A stretch of 29,770 nucleotides of DNA, from IMG/VR virus record IMGVR_UViG_3300042348_000043, positions 1 through 29,770 of that record; one strand, 5' to 3'. A program made the position numbers and the translations under genes. This DNA comes from a virus. Lineage: Duplodnaviria; Caudoviricetes. The notes under the pieces were generated by a model, which saw nothing but the letters and a program-made list of their open reading frames with translations, made no database searches and had not been told where the DNA came from. Numbering within the stretch: position 1 is the stretch's first letter; each line of letters opens with the position of its first letter. This document shows, in pieces, positions 13,108 to 22,069 of the stretch.

Positions 13108-16100
13108 TGGCAACTCGTTTAATGACTGAAGACGAATTAGAATTTAACGCCGATTCTTTGTTTCCTTTTGGCGAAAGCACACAATCTTTAGTTCCACAGG
13201 CTGTGCTGTTTGGTGACTCAATGAGTGAGTATGTTGGATATAATCCAGACGGAACACCAGATACTAAGTACGGAAGTTCAGTCGCTGATGTAATTGCAAA
13301 CAACCTCGGGATTCAGGTTCAGAACCTTGCGACTGGCGGAGAAACATCTAACGAGGCTCTTGCTGGTGGCGCTAAGTTTGGTGCTTTCCAGTCTTACATC
13401 GAACAAAACAGGCCGCAGTACGCAATTATCCGTTACGGCGCTGCTGATGCTATTAAAAATCAAGACCCGGCCATCACCTTGCAAAGTGTTCAGCAGATGG
13501 TGGACATTGCTAGGGCGAACGGCGTAACACCGATTATTGTGGGCGTGTCTGAGTTGTATGGCGCTCAGAACTCCAAAACTGGAAATATTGCTGGATACAT
13601 TGATCCTGCCGCAGAACAGCGCGCAAACCAGATTAATGACGGACTAAGACAACTGGCAGAGTCTAACGGCCTTTCTTTTACTGATGTTCGTCAAGCAACC
13701 TCTGCTGGCACTGGTGATCTTCTGGACGGGGTTCACACTAACGCAGACTTCGGCAAGAAGATGGCAGATGCTATCTCTGAGGACATTGCTGCTAAGAATG
13801 TGATTGCAGAGGCTCGTGTTCCACAGCTTCCTCCGAATGTTGATTCGCTGTCAAACGAAGAGAAGGGTCGGCTATACAACGATTTTATCTCTCAAGGCTA
13901 CACAGACGCACAGATTCGCACCGCTGCTAGGGCAGAGAGCGACCAGGACTGGAATGCTCTAAAGAGGATTGCTGCGGATGTAAGAAACACAACTCCGGCA
14001 GCTATTGAGCAACAAGCCACTATGCAGACACCACAAGGTGCTGCAATCATAAGTGAGCCGATGCCCCAAGCAAACAGGCTTGATCTGCAATCGCTAGTTA
14101 CGCCTGAAGATGCTGCAAACATTAGGTCTGCGTACGAAATCGGGGCAGCGTATCCGATTGTTAGAGGTAATGAGGTTTACAGCTTCAATCCTGACGGGTC
14201 GATTGAATATACCCGCATGAATCCTGGTGGGATTGGCGCGACTCTCGGCCTGTATTCCGCGACAGGGGAAGAGATCGTTCCCCAATACTACAACGCCGAC
14301 TTCGGCAAAACATCTAACGCAACTCGACTGCTTCAGGCTGGATTAGCTGCTGGCATTGGGGGCATTCTTGGCCCTGCTGGTGCTGGTCTTTTGAGTGCGC
14401 CTGTTGCGGCTGCTACCGGGGCGGGACTTACTTCTTATGGAGTTACAGGCGATCTAGAGTCTGCGCTAAAGTCGGCTGCTCTTGGTGGCTTGACCGCTTT
14501 TGGTATAGAAACCTTATTCCCAACTGCCGCGCAGACCGCTGCGAATACTGCTGTTGATCTTGCTGGTGCTGGAGCCTCTCAAGCTAATATTGTGAACGCT
14601 CTGGTTGAGCAGGGTGTCGGGGCTGTTACTGCATCACAGATCGCTGGCGATGCATTGGCTGGTGCTACGGCAAGACAGATTGCAACTGATTTCGCTGGCA
14701 TCTCTGTCGGTGGAGCTGGCGCGGCTTCTTCTGGTCTTCCTAATATGGTTACGATCACAGGTGGGGCCAACCCTGCCAGTCTGTTAGCGACTGCCGCCCC
14801 TTCTGCGGCTGGTGCTATTTCTGGAGGTTTGTTGGGATCGGCTGCTCAATCGACCTCACCGAACCTTCTTTCGGACACTCAAAGCGTTACGGTTCAAGGA
14901 GCAACCACTCCGGCGCAGGTGCAAGCAACAGCCCCGGCTGCCGCGATTGGGGCAGGACTAACCCCAAGCCAAACGGTTCAGGTACAAACCACCACGGCCC
15001 CGGCTCAATCTGATGTAACAGCTCCTGCTGCGGTTGTCGGTGCAATCACGCCATCTCAAGCCGTTCAAGCACAGGCTCCTGCTCAACAGGTTCAAGTACA
15101 GACTACTACCGCTGCACAAGACATTACAGCAGACATAGCCAGTGCTGTGTTGTCTAGTCTTGTTGGACAACCCGTTAGCGTTGCAGGTGCTACGCAGCAA
15201 GTACAAGTAACTGGACAAGCTCCTGTTCAACAGGTTGCTCCAGAAGTTGCTGCTGCTTTGATTTCAGCAGCTACTGGACAGCAGGTAACTGTTGCAGGCC
15301 AAACTATCAGTCCTCAAACCACTCCTGAGACTGTTGGTGCAGCCACTGGTGGCTTGTTGTCGGATACAATGCAAACAGTTCCCGTCCAATCAACAACACT
15401 TCCGGCGGAAACACAAATTTCTGCTCCTGCCGGTGCTGCTGTTGGCGGTTTGTTGTCGAATATTGTTCAGACAGTTCCGGTTACGGGGCAGACAATGGCC
15501 ACTACTCCTGCTGTACCAGAAACAGTTGGAAGCGTTATTGGAAGTTTGGTACCGACGCAAACAGTACCCGTTACAGGACAAACAATTGCTACACAACCAG
15601 AAGTTCCTACAACAGTTGGCGCAGCAATAGGCTCGATTGTACCAACTCAGACAGTTCCCGTAACCAGTTCTCCTTTGGCACCTACTCCAGAGGCTCCCTC
15701 GGTTATTGGTAGTGTTATTGGTAGTTTAGTACCTTCTCAGAGTGTTGCTGTTACTGGTACAACAGAACAAACACCTGTGGTTCCTCGTGAAGTGGTTGGT
15801 AGTCTGATTCCTACAGTGGTTCCTCCACCGGCGCAGCAGGTTACTGTCCAGTCAAAACCAATAGTGGAAGATGAGTTTACTCCGATATTAACTCCTCCTC
15901 CGGTGCTGCCTCCCAAGTTTGAAGTTCCTATTCCTGAGGTTAAAGTTGCGGAGCCTACAAAGCCTCTTGTTTCAACAAACGATTTATTAAAATTATTGAC
16001 TTTGTTGGGAACAGGAACAGCAGGAACAGGTATGATGGGCGGTGGGACTAATATCGGTAGCATTCCTCCTTCAGACACGATGCTTGGAAGCACTACTCCG

Positions 16101-16220
16101 CAGTTTGGCCCGGACTACTATGCTGCAATTCAAAGATACTACAATGCCTATATGCCTGCATATCCAAGAAACGTAGCAGGCCCGTTACAACAATGGTACG
16201 AAAATAAATACGGAGCTTAA
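13107..16220 (+). CDS. Large modular protein: N-terminal SGNH/GDSL hydrolase, Ala/Gly hydrophobic segment, ~30-aa QxVxVT repeats, Pro-rich tail; probably virion-associated
   Basis: Block I FGDSMS, block II ATGG, block III YGAAD, block V DGVH; TAATG coupling; repeats visible in the translation. Confidence 0.8.
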   Translation: MATRLMTEDELEFNADSLFPFGESTQSLVPQAVLFGDSMSEYVGYNPDGTPDTKYGSSVADVIANNLGIQVQNLATGGETSNEALAGGAKFGAFQSYIEQNRPQYAIIRYGAADAIKNQDPAITLQSVQQMVDIARANGVTPIIVGVSELYGAQNSKTGNIAGYIDPAAEQRANQINDGLRQLAESNGLSFTDVRQATSAGTGDLLDGVHTNADFGKKMADAISEDIAAKNVIAEARVPQLPPNVDSLSNEEKGRLYNDFISQGYTDAQIRTAARAESDQDWNALKRIAADVRNTTPAAIEQQATMQTPQGAAIISEPMPQANRLDLQSLVTPEDAANIRSAYEIGAAYPIVRGNEVYSFNPDGSIEYTRMNPGGIGATLGLYSATGEEIVPQYYNADFGKTSNATRLLQAGLAAGIGGILGPAGAGLLSAPVAAATGAGLTSYGVTGDLESALKSAALGGLTAFGIETLFPTAAQTAANTAVDLAGAGASQANIVNALVEQGVGAVTASQIAGDALAGATARQIATDFAGISVGGAGAASSGLPNMVTITGGANPASLLATAAPSAAGAISGGLLGSAAQSTSPNLLSDTQSVTVQGATTPAQVQATAPAAAIGAGLTPSQTVQVQTTTAPAQSDVTAPAAVVGAITPSQAVQAQAPAQQVQVQTTTAAQDITADIASAVLSSLVGQPVSVAGATQQVQVTGQAPVQQVAPEVAAALISAATGQQVTVAGQTISPQTTPETVGAATGGLLSDTMQTVPVQSTTLPAETQISAPAGAAVGGLLSNIVQTVPVTGQTMATTPAVPETVGSVIGSLVPTQTVPVTGQTIATQPEVPTTVGAAIGSIVPTQTVPVTSSPLAPTPEAPSVIGSVIGSLVPSQSVAVTGTTEQTPVVPREVVGSLIPTVVPPPAQQVTVQSKPIVEDEFTPILTPPPVLPPKFEVPIPEVKVAEPTKPLVSTNDLLKLLTLLGTGTAGTGMMGGGTNIGSIPPSDTMLGSTTPQFGPDYYAAIQRYYNAYMPAYPRNVAGPLQQWYENKYGA
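15468..15760 (+). repeat. 90-bp (30-aa) degenerate tandem repeat
   Basis: Units start at 15468, 15558, 15648 and 15738 (QTVPVTG, QTVPVTG, QTVPVTS, QSVAVTG). Confidence 0.85.
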
Positions 16221-18533
16221 ATGGCAACGATAATCACCAAGAACAGTAGCACAGCCTCTTCTGTACCTTCTGCGGGTTCATTGCAGCAGGGCGAGTTGGC
16301 TGTCAACGTAACTGACAAGAAACTTTATACCAAGGACAGTAGCGCCGCTGTTGTCAAGCTGGTGGGTTCCTTGGGTAACCAAGAAGCCAACGCTGCTGCT
16401 ATTACTGGTGGTACTGTCGCTGGTGTGGCTCAGACGGGCGGAACCATCAACAACACCGTTATTGGTGGAACCACGCCTGCTGCGGGTACCTTTACCAACG
16501 TAACGGCTACTGTTGGCCTTTCTGGAACCTTGACTGGTAACGTTACTGGTACCCTTACTGGTAACGTCACCGGCAATGTGACCGGCAATGTCACCGGTAA
16601 CTTGACCGGTAACGTCACGGCCTCTAGCGGCTCTTCCTCGTTCAACAACGTCACCATCAACGGTACGTTGGACATGAACTCTGGAACATCTGCAACGATC
16701 ACGGGCCTTCCTACGCCTACCAACTCCAGTGACGCTGCTCCTAAGAGCTATGTTGATACGGCTATCAGCAACCTGATCGGCACTGCTCCAGCTACTCTAG
16801 ATACACTTGGTGAGATTGCTGATGCTCTTAACGATGATGCAAACATTGCAACCACGTTAACGAACTCTATCGCTACCAAGGTTAGCAAGTCAGGCGACAC
16901 CATGACCGGTGCTCTGGCAATGGGAAGTAACAAGATCACTGGTCTTGGTACGCCTACGGCTGGAACTGATGCTTCTACCAAGGACTATGTTGACACGCAG
17001 CGTGACACTCGTTTAGCCTTGGCTGGTGGTACGATGACGGGTAACATCGTCATGGGTTCCAATAAAATCACCAGCACTGCCACGCCTACAGTTGATGATG
17101 ACTTGACCCGCAAGGGCTATGTCGATAGCATCCTGGGTTCTGCTACGTCTGCGGCTGCTTCTGCGTCTGCTGCGGCTACCTCGGCTACTAACGCTGCTAA
17201 CAGCGCCACCAGTGCTGCTAACAGTGCCACGGCTGCTGCTGCAAGCTATGATAGCTTCGATGATCGTTACTTAGGCTCTAAGACCTCTAATCCTACGCTT
17301 GACAACGACGGTAATGCGCTGCTGACTGGTGCCTTGTACTGGAACAGTACCGTGGGCGAGATGCGTGTGTATGACGGATCAAATTGGGTTGCAGCTTATC
17401 TTCCTGCCTCTGGCTATGTAACGCTTACCGGAACTGAAACACTTACCAACAAGACGATCAATGGATCAAACAACACGATCACCAATATCAGTCTATCCTC
17501 CGGCGTCACAGGCACACTTCCTGTTGTCAACGGCGGTACTGGGCAAACCAGCTATACAAACGGTCAACTCTTAATTGGCAACAGCACGGGCAATACGCTT
17601 ACCAAAGCGACGTTGACAGCAGGCTCTGGGGTAACTATTACCAACGGAGCTGGTTCTATCACCATCGCAACATCTGGTGGAAGTGCTAATTTCCAAGAGT
17701 TTACTTCTTCTGGCACTTGGACAAAACCTTCCGGCGCTACCTTTGTGTTGGTTGAGGTGTGGGGTGCAGGTGGCGGCGGCGGTAGTGGTGGTAGCGGAGG
17801 AACTCGTTCTGGTGGTTCTGCCGGTGCTGGCGGTGCGTATGCTTATCGTTTGTTCAAAGCATCTGATCTAAGCGCAACTGAAAGCATTACGATTGGAGCA
17901 GGTGGAACCGGAGGAACGGGAGTTTCAAGCACAAATGGAAATAATGGTACATCCGGAGGCGCGAGTGATTTTGGAACAAAACTGTATGCCTATGGTGGCG
18001 ATCAAGGTGAGGGAGGCGCTACAGCCGTTAGAGCCGGTTCCAGAGGCGGCGGTGTTCTAAATTCTTCAGGAGATCCCCGAAACTATGCATCATCAGGATA
18101 TCAAACCGGCCAATTCGGCGGCGTAAATACCGTATCACCGAATTTTGCTGGCGCCTCTTCTGGATTTGGTGGTGGAGGTGGCGGAGGCTCTCCAACAAGC
18201 GGGGCCGGACAAGCAGGAGGCTGCTCGTATCAAGGCGGAGCGGGTGGCGGTGGAGGCGGTGGCTCTAGTAGCGGCGCAGGAGGAGCGGGAGGTTCGATTA
18301 CAGGAGCAAGCGGCGGCGGCGGAAGCGGCGGTAGCGTTGGAGGCCCAGGATCAGCAGGCTCTACATTTAGATTCGGAGGCGGCGGTGGCGCAGCAGATAG
18401 CGTAACCGTCGGAGGCGCAGGAGGCGCAGGAGGAGTTGCTGCGGGTGGTGGCGGAGGCGGTTACTCAGGCGCGAACGACAGCGGCGCAGGCGGTAATGGT
18501 GGTAATGGATACTGCCGTGTCTATACTTGGTAA
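16221..18533 (+). CDS. Tail fibre / receptor-binding protein with a Gly-rich C-terminal domain
   Basis: N-terminal GELAVN motif, GNVT repeats, LDTLGEIA, K.GDTMTG, KITGLGTPT...KDYVD stalk motifs, Ala/Ser coiled coil, FTSSGTWTKP...GGGGG domain. Confidence 0.9.
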   Translation: MATIITKNSSTASSVPSAGSLQQGELAVNVTDKKLYTKDSSAAVVKLVGSLGNQEANAAAITGGTVAGVAQTGGTINNTVIGGTTPAAGTFTNVTATVGLSGTLTGNVTGTLTGNVTGNVTGNVTGNLTGNVTASSGSSSFNNVTINGTLDMNSGTSATITGLPTPTNSSDAAPKSYVDTAISNLIGTAPATLDTLGEIADALNDDANIATTLTNSIATKVSKSGDTMTGALAMGSNKITGLGTPTAGTDASTKDYVDTQRDTRLALAGGTMTGNIVMGSNKITSTATPTVDDDLTRKGYVDSILGSATSAAASASAAATSATNAANSATSAANSATAAAASYDSFDDRYLGSKTSNPTLDNDGNALLTGALYWNSTVGEMRVYDGSNWVAAYLPASGYVTLTGTETLTNKTINGSNNTITNISLSSGVTGTLPVVNGGTGQTSYTNGQLLIGNSTGNTLTKATLTAGSGVTITNGAGSITIATSGGSANFQEFTSSGTWTKPSGATFVLVEVWGAGGGGGSGGSGGTRSGGSAGAGGAYAYRLFKASDLSATESITIGAGGTGGTGVSSTNGNNGTSGGASDFGTKLYAYGGDQGEGGATAVRAGSRGGGVLNSSGDPRNYASSGYQTGQFGGVNTVSPNFAGASSGFGGGGGGGSPTSGAGQAGGCSYQGGAGGGGGGGSSSGAGGAGGSITGASGGGGSGGSVGGPGSAGSTFRFGGGGGAADSVTVGGAGGAGGVAAGGGGGGYSGANDSGAGGNGGNGYCRVYTW
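16530..16619 (+). repeat. 12-bp tandem repeat encoding (T-G-N-V/L)n in the fibre shaft
   Basis: About 7 units of ACYGGYAAYGTN. Confidence 0.85.
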
Positions 18534-18542
18534 GGGAAAAAC

Positions 18543-18893
18543 ATGAGATACGCAATCATCAAAGATGGCAAGGTGGCAAACATTGCGGTTGCCGATCCTG
18601 AATATGCACAGTCTCAAGGTTGGGTTGAATGCCCTCCAGGTGTTGACATTGGATGGGTGTTTGATGGCAACACACCGCTACCTCCTCCTCCCGATACTGA
18701 AGGTGAAGCAGCAAAAGTAAGGGCGCAACGCGATCAGTTGCTTATTGCTTCAGACATCAATGTATTACCTGATCGGTGGAATTCGATGACTGTTGAACAA
18801 CAGCAGGCATGGTCAACTTATCGTCAAGCCTTGCGTGACGTAACTATTCAGGAAGGATTTCCTTGGAATATTCAGTGGCCTGAGCAGCCGTAA
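18543..18893 (+). CDS. Tail fibre assembly chaperone
   Basis: RAQRDQLLIASD...W..YRQALRD...FPWNIQWP signature; directly follows the fibre gene. Confidence 0.85.
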   Translation: MRYAIIKDGKVANIAVADPEYAQSQGWVECPPGVDIGWVFDGNTPLPPPPDTEGEAAKVRAQRDQLLIASDINVLPDRWNSMTVEQQQAWSTYRQALRDVTIQEGFPWNIQWPEQP

Positions 18894-18902
18894 GGAGATG
18901 TT

Positions 18903-19376
18903 GTGATTGATCCGGTTACAGCCTTCGGAGTAGCTGTTACGGCATTTAATACCGTACAGAAGCTGGTGAAGGCTGGCAAAGAAATAGAAAGTGTAGCGGG
19001 ACAGCTTGGTAAATGGTACTCGGCTGTCCAATCTTTTAACGAAAGTGCTGCCAAAAAAGAACAAGACCTCAAGAAAGGCAAGTTTCTTGGTAAAGGATCA
19101 ATTGAGCAGGAAGCATTAGACATCGTAATGCACCGAGAGCGACTAAAGAAGATGGAGTATGAACTCTATATTCTTATCGCTGGTGTATATGGACAAGAGG
19201 CCTATCAGTCCATGATGTCTGAACGAATTAAGATCAAAAGACAGCGAGAGCAAGCAGTAAAGATTGCAAAACGTCGGCAAAAAGAGATGATTACTAACGG
19301 TTTGTATTTGTTTGCTATTGCTTTCCTTCTTGTGCTTTGTTACCACATGTACGAATACTTAGCGAGGAACATATGA
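18903..19376 (+). CDS. Hypothetical protein with a C-terminal transmembrane helix
   Basis: AAGGAG SD, GTG start; MIDPVTA amphipathic N-terminus, coiled coil, hydrophobic C-terminus. Confidence 0.8.
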   Translation: MIDPVTAFGVAVTAFNTVQKLVKAGKEIESVAGQLGKWYSAVQSFNESAAKKEQDLKKGKFLGKGSIEQEALDIVMHRERLKKMEYELYILIAGVYGQEAYQSMMSERIKIKRQREQAVKIAKRRQKEMITNGLYLFAIAFLLVLCYHMYEYLARNI

Positions 19377-19531
19377 TGAAGAAGCCTAATAAAGTTGAGA
19401 AAGTTATGCGAGAGTACAAGGAAGGTACTTTACATAGCGGAAAGAAAGGCCCAGTTGTCAAGAGCCGTAAGCAGGCTGTAGCGATTGCCTTGTCAGAGGC
19501 TGGAATGTCTAAGAAAAAGGCTAAGAAGTAA
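19373..19531 (+). CDS. Small Lys-rich protein, DUF6496-like (52 aa)
   Basis: KVMREYKEGTLHSG...VKSRKQAVAIALSEA; GAGGA SD; ATGA overlap. Confidence 0.8.
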   Translation: MMKKPNKVEKVMREYKEGTLHSGKKGPVVKSRKQAVAIALSEAGMSKKKAKK

Positions 19532-19532
19532 C

Positions 19533-19805
19533 ATGGATGCAGGCTTCAACGAGGACTTGAAACGAATAGAGACAAAAGTAGACAAACTAACTGATGCCGT
19601 TACTCGTCTGATCCTCGTTGAAGAGCGTCAGACTGCTCAAGGTGTTCGGATTGATGATCTTGAAGAAAAGACAGAAGAACTTGATAAGAGCATTACCAGA
19701 GTAGATCGTAAGGTTGAACGGTGGGTAAACATGGGCATGGGTGCTTGGGCTGTTGTAGCTACATTATTTATGATCTTCCAGTTTGTTGTAAAAGCACAAC
19801 ACTAG
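19533..19805 (+). CDS. Coiled-coil protein with a C-terminal TM helix (XhlA-like architecture)
   Basis: Heptad repeats followed by GMGAWAVVATLFMIFQFVV; start at ATG 19533. Confidence 0.7.
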   Translation: MDAGFNEDLKRIETKVDKLTDAVTRLILVEERQTAQGVRIDDLEEKTEELDKSITRVDRKVERWVNMGMGAWAVVATLFMIFQFVVKAQH

Positions 19806-19817
19806 TGCAGACACCTA

Positions 19818-19846
19818 TTGACAAGTCTAAGAGAATCGTCTATAAT
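19818..19846 (+). promoter_or_regulatory. Perfect sigma70 promoter for the tail, ejection and lysis genes
   Basis: TTGACA-agtctaagagaatcgtc(17)-TATAAT. Confidence 0.92.
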
Positions 19847-19876
19847 GATTACTTATAAAGACACCAAGGAAAACTA

Positions 19877-20527
19877 ATGGCAACAACTTATTTACAACTT
19901 GTTAACAATGTCCTTATAAGACTTAGGGAAACAGAGGTTTCATCTGTTGGTGATACTCCTTATAGTTCTTTGATTGGTGTCTTAGTCAATGACGCAAAGC
20001 GTGAAATTGAAGACGCCTACTCATGGAATGCTTTAAGTCAAACGATTGTCGTACCTACTGTCTCCGGACAACAGGCATACACATTGACAGGTTCTGGTCA
20101 ACGGTTTAAGGTTGACATGGTTATGAACGAGACTGAAGATGTCCCGATGTATCAGGTGTCCCCTGACTGGTTGGATACACAGTATTATCTCGCTGATGTC
20201 CAGAATGCTGCTCCGATCTACTATGCCTTTGACGGTGTAAGCAACGACGACAATGTTGTCCGTGTCTGGCCACAGCCTGATGCGGTCTATTCCTTACGGT
20301 TTAATCTGAACATTCCTCAGACTGACCTGTCTGCCAACGGTGACTTGATTAAAGTTCCTCCTCACTTGGTGCAGATGTTAGCATACGCTAACGCTGTGGC
20401 TGAACGAGGTGAAGATGGTGGACAGTCTTTCAGTGAATTATATCAGAAGTATCGTCTTGCACTGTCAGACGCTATTGCTCTTGAAGCTAACCGGTACGAT
20501 GAACAAGTAACCTGGACGAGTGTATAA
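19877..20527 (+). CDS. Head-tail adaptor / tail tubular protein A-like
   Basis: TYLQLVNNVLIRLRE N-terminus, VNDA..EI....W, VWPQPD; size and position. Confidence 0.75.
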   Translation: MATTYLQLVNNVLIRLRETEVSSVGDTPYSSLIGVLVNDAKREIEDAYSWNALSQTIVVPTVSGQQAYTLTGSGQRFKVDMVMNETEDVPMYQVSPDWLDTQYYLADVQNAAPIYYAFDGVSNDDNVVRVWPQPDAVYSLRFNLNIPQTDLSANGDLIKVPPHLVQMLAYANAVAERGEDGGQSFSELYQKYRLALSDAIALEANRYDEQVTWTSV

Positions 20528-22065
20528 TGGTAGCAAAGCTGTTAACCACTTCTATCGCTGCTCCGGGTTTCTACGGCCTTAACACGCAGGACTCGGTGGT
20601 TTCACTTGAATCAGGCTTTGCTACTGTTGCTACGAATTGTGTGATTGACAAGTTTGGTCGTATTGGTGCTCGTAAAGGCTGGAGTCCATCTCATACTACC
20701 AACACTGACTTAGGCTCAAATGCTGTCAAGGCTATCGGTGAGTTGATTGCTGCTGACGGTACTTCTTACACGATTGCTGCCGGTAACAACAAGCTGTTCA
20801 GGCTTAACGGCGGTACACTGACGATGCTAACCTACGGTGGTGGCGGAACTGCTCCGACGATCACTGACAGCAACTGGCAGATGGCTGCTCTGAACGGTAT
20901 CCTGTACATGTACCAGTCTGGACACGATCCTTTGATCTTTGATCCTGCTGTGTCTAACTCGACGTACCGTAGGGTGTCTGAGAAGACCGGATATGTTGGA
21001 ACTGTAACCCACAACAACTGCGTAATCAGTGCATATGGTCGTACATGGTCAGCCAATAACACATCTAGTAAGACGGTTATTCAGTTCTCTGATCTGCTTA
21101 GTGGTTTCGTGTTATCGACAGGCACTGCTGGAACGCTGGATATTGCAGAAATATGGCCTGCTGGTGCCGACGAAATCATTGCTCTAGCAGCCCATAACGG
21201 CTTCCTGATCGTCTTTGGTCGTAGACAGATTCTGATCTATGCTAACGCTCAAGACCCTGCTGGTCTACAGCTACAGGACACGATTACAGGTGTTGGCTGC
21301 TTTGCACGAGACTCTGTGGTAGCCACTGGCTCAGATGTGTACTTCCTGTCCGACAGCGGTGTCAAGTCACTGTCTCGGGTGATCCAGGAGAAGTCTTCGC
21401 CGATGCGCGACATCAGCGCAAATGTGCGTGATGATGTTGTAGCTGCGATGACTCTGGAGACTGCCGCAGGTATCAAGGCAACACACTCAGACAAGGAAGG
21501 TTTCTATCTGATTACTTTCCCTGTCACTGGAGTAACCTACTGCTTTGACCTTCGGATGCTACTACCTAACGGCGCAAGCAGGGCTACGACATGGGATGGA
21601 AATGTACCAACAGCCTTCTGCTACAAACAGAACAAAGACCTTCTGTTAGGTAAACCCGGATATGTCGGTAAGTATGACACTTATCGTGACAATACCGATA
21701 CTTATGTGATGCGATACTACACCAACTACTTCGACTTCGGTGTGCCCACGGCACTGAAGATTATGAAGAAGGTTGGAATCACGACTATCGGTGGACAGGG
21801 TTATCCTGTGGTGCTGAAGTTCGGTTATGACTACAGTGACATTCTGAATAGCCGTCAGTTCAACCTGTCAAACGCTGCTGTTGCAGAATACAATATTTCC
21901 GAGTTCAATATTGGTGAATACGGTGGATCAGCTTTCGACAACAAGGTAATCAACATTGGTGGTGCCGGTAAAGTTATTCAGCTAGGTTTTGAAACTACTG
22001 TGAATACTCGACCAGTGTCCATCCAAAAGATTGATGTCTTTACCAAAGTAGGAAAAACGAGGTAA
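20527..22065 (+). CDS. Tail nozzle / tubular protein B-like (P22 gp10-like position)
   Basis: GLNTQDS, beta-propeller-like composition, GC...S...DVYFLS..GV.SL; follows the adaptor gene. Confidence 0.75.
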   Translation: MVAKLLTTSIAAPGFYGLNTQDSVVSLESGFATVATNCVIDKFGRIGARKGWSPSHTTNTDLGSNAVKAIGELIAADGTSYTIAAGNNKLFRLNGGTLTMLTYGGGGTAPTITDSNWQMAALNGILYMYQSGHDPLIFDPAVSNSTYRRVSEKTGYVGTVTHNNCVISAYGRTWSANNTSSKTVIQFSDLLSGFVLSTGTAGTLDIAEIWPAGADEIIALAAHNGFLIVFGRRQILIYANAQDPAGLQLQDTITGVGCFARDSVVATGSDVYFLSDSGVKSLSRVIQEKSSPMRDISANVRDDVVAAMTLETAAGIKATHSDKEGFYLITFPVTGVTYCFDLRMLLPNGASRATTWDGNVPTAFCYKQNKDLLLGKPGYVGKYDTYRDNTDTYVMRYYTNYFDFGVPTALKIMKKVGITTIGGQGYPVVLKFGYDYSDILNSRQFNLSNAAVAEYNISEFNIGEYGGSAFDNKVINIGGAGKVIQLGFETTVNTRPVSIQKIDVFTKVGKTR

Positions 22066-22069
22066 CTAA

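Noticed and set aside
15468-15760. 90-bp periodic repeats as a possible CRISPR array or DGR
   Set aside because: Repeats are in-frame, degenerate at synonymous positions, lack a repeat-spacer structure, and no cas or reverse transcriptase gene is present.
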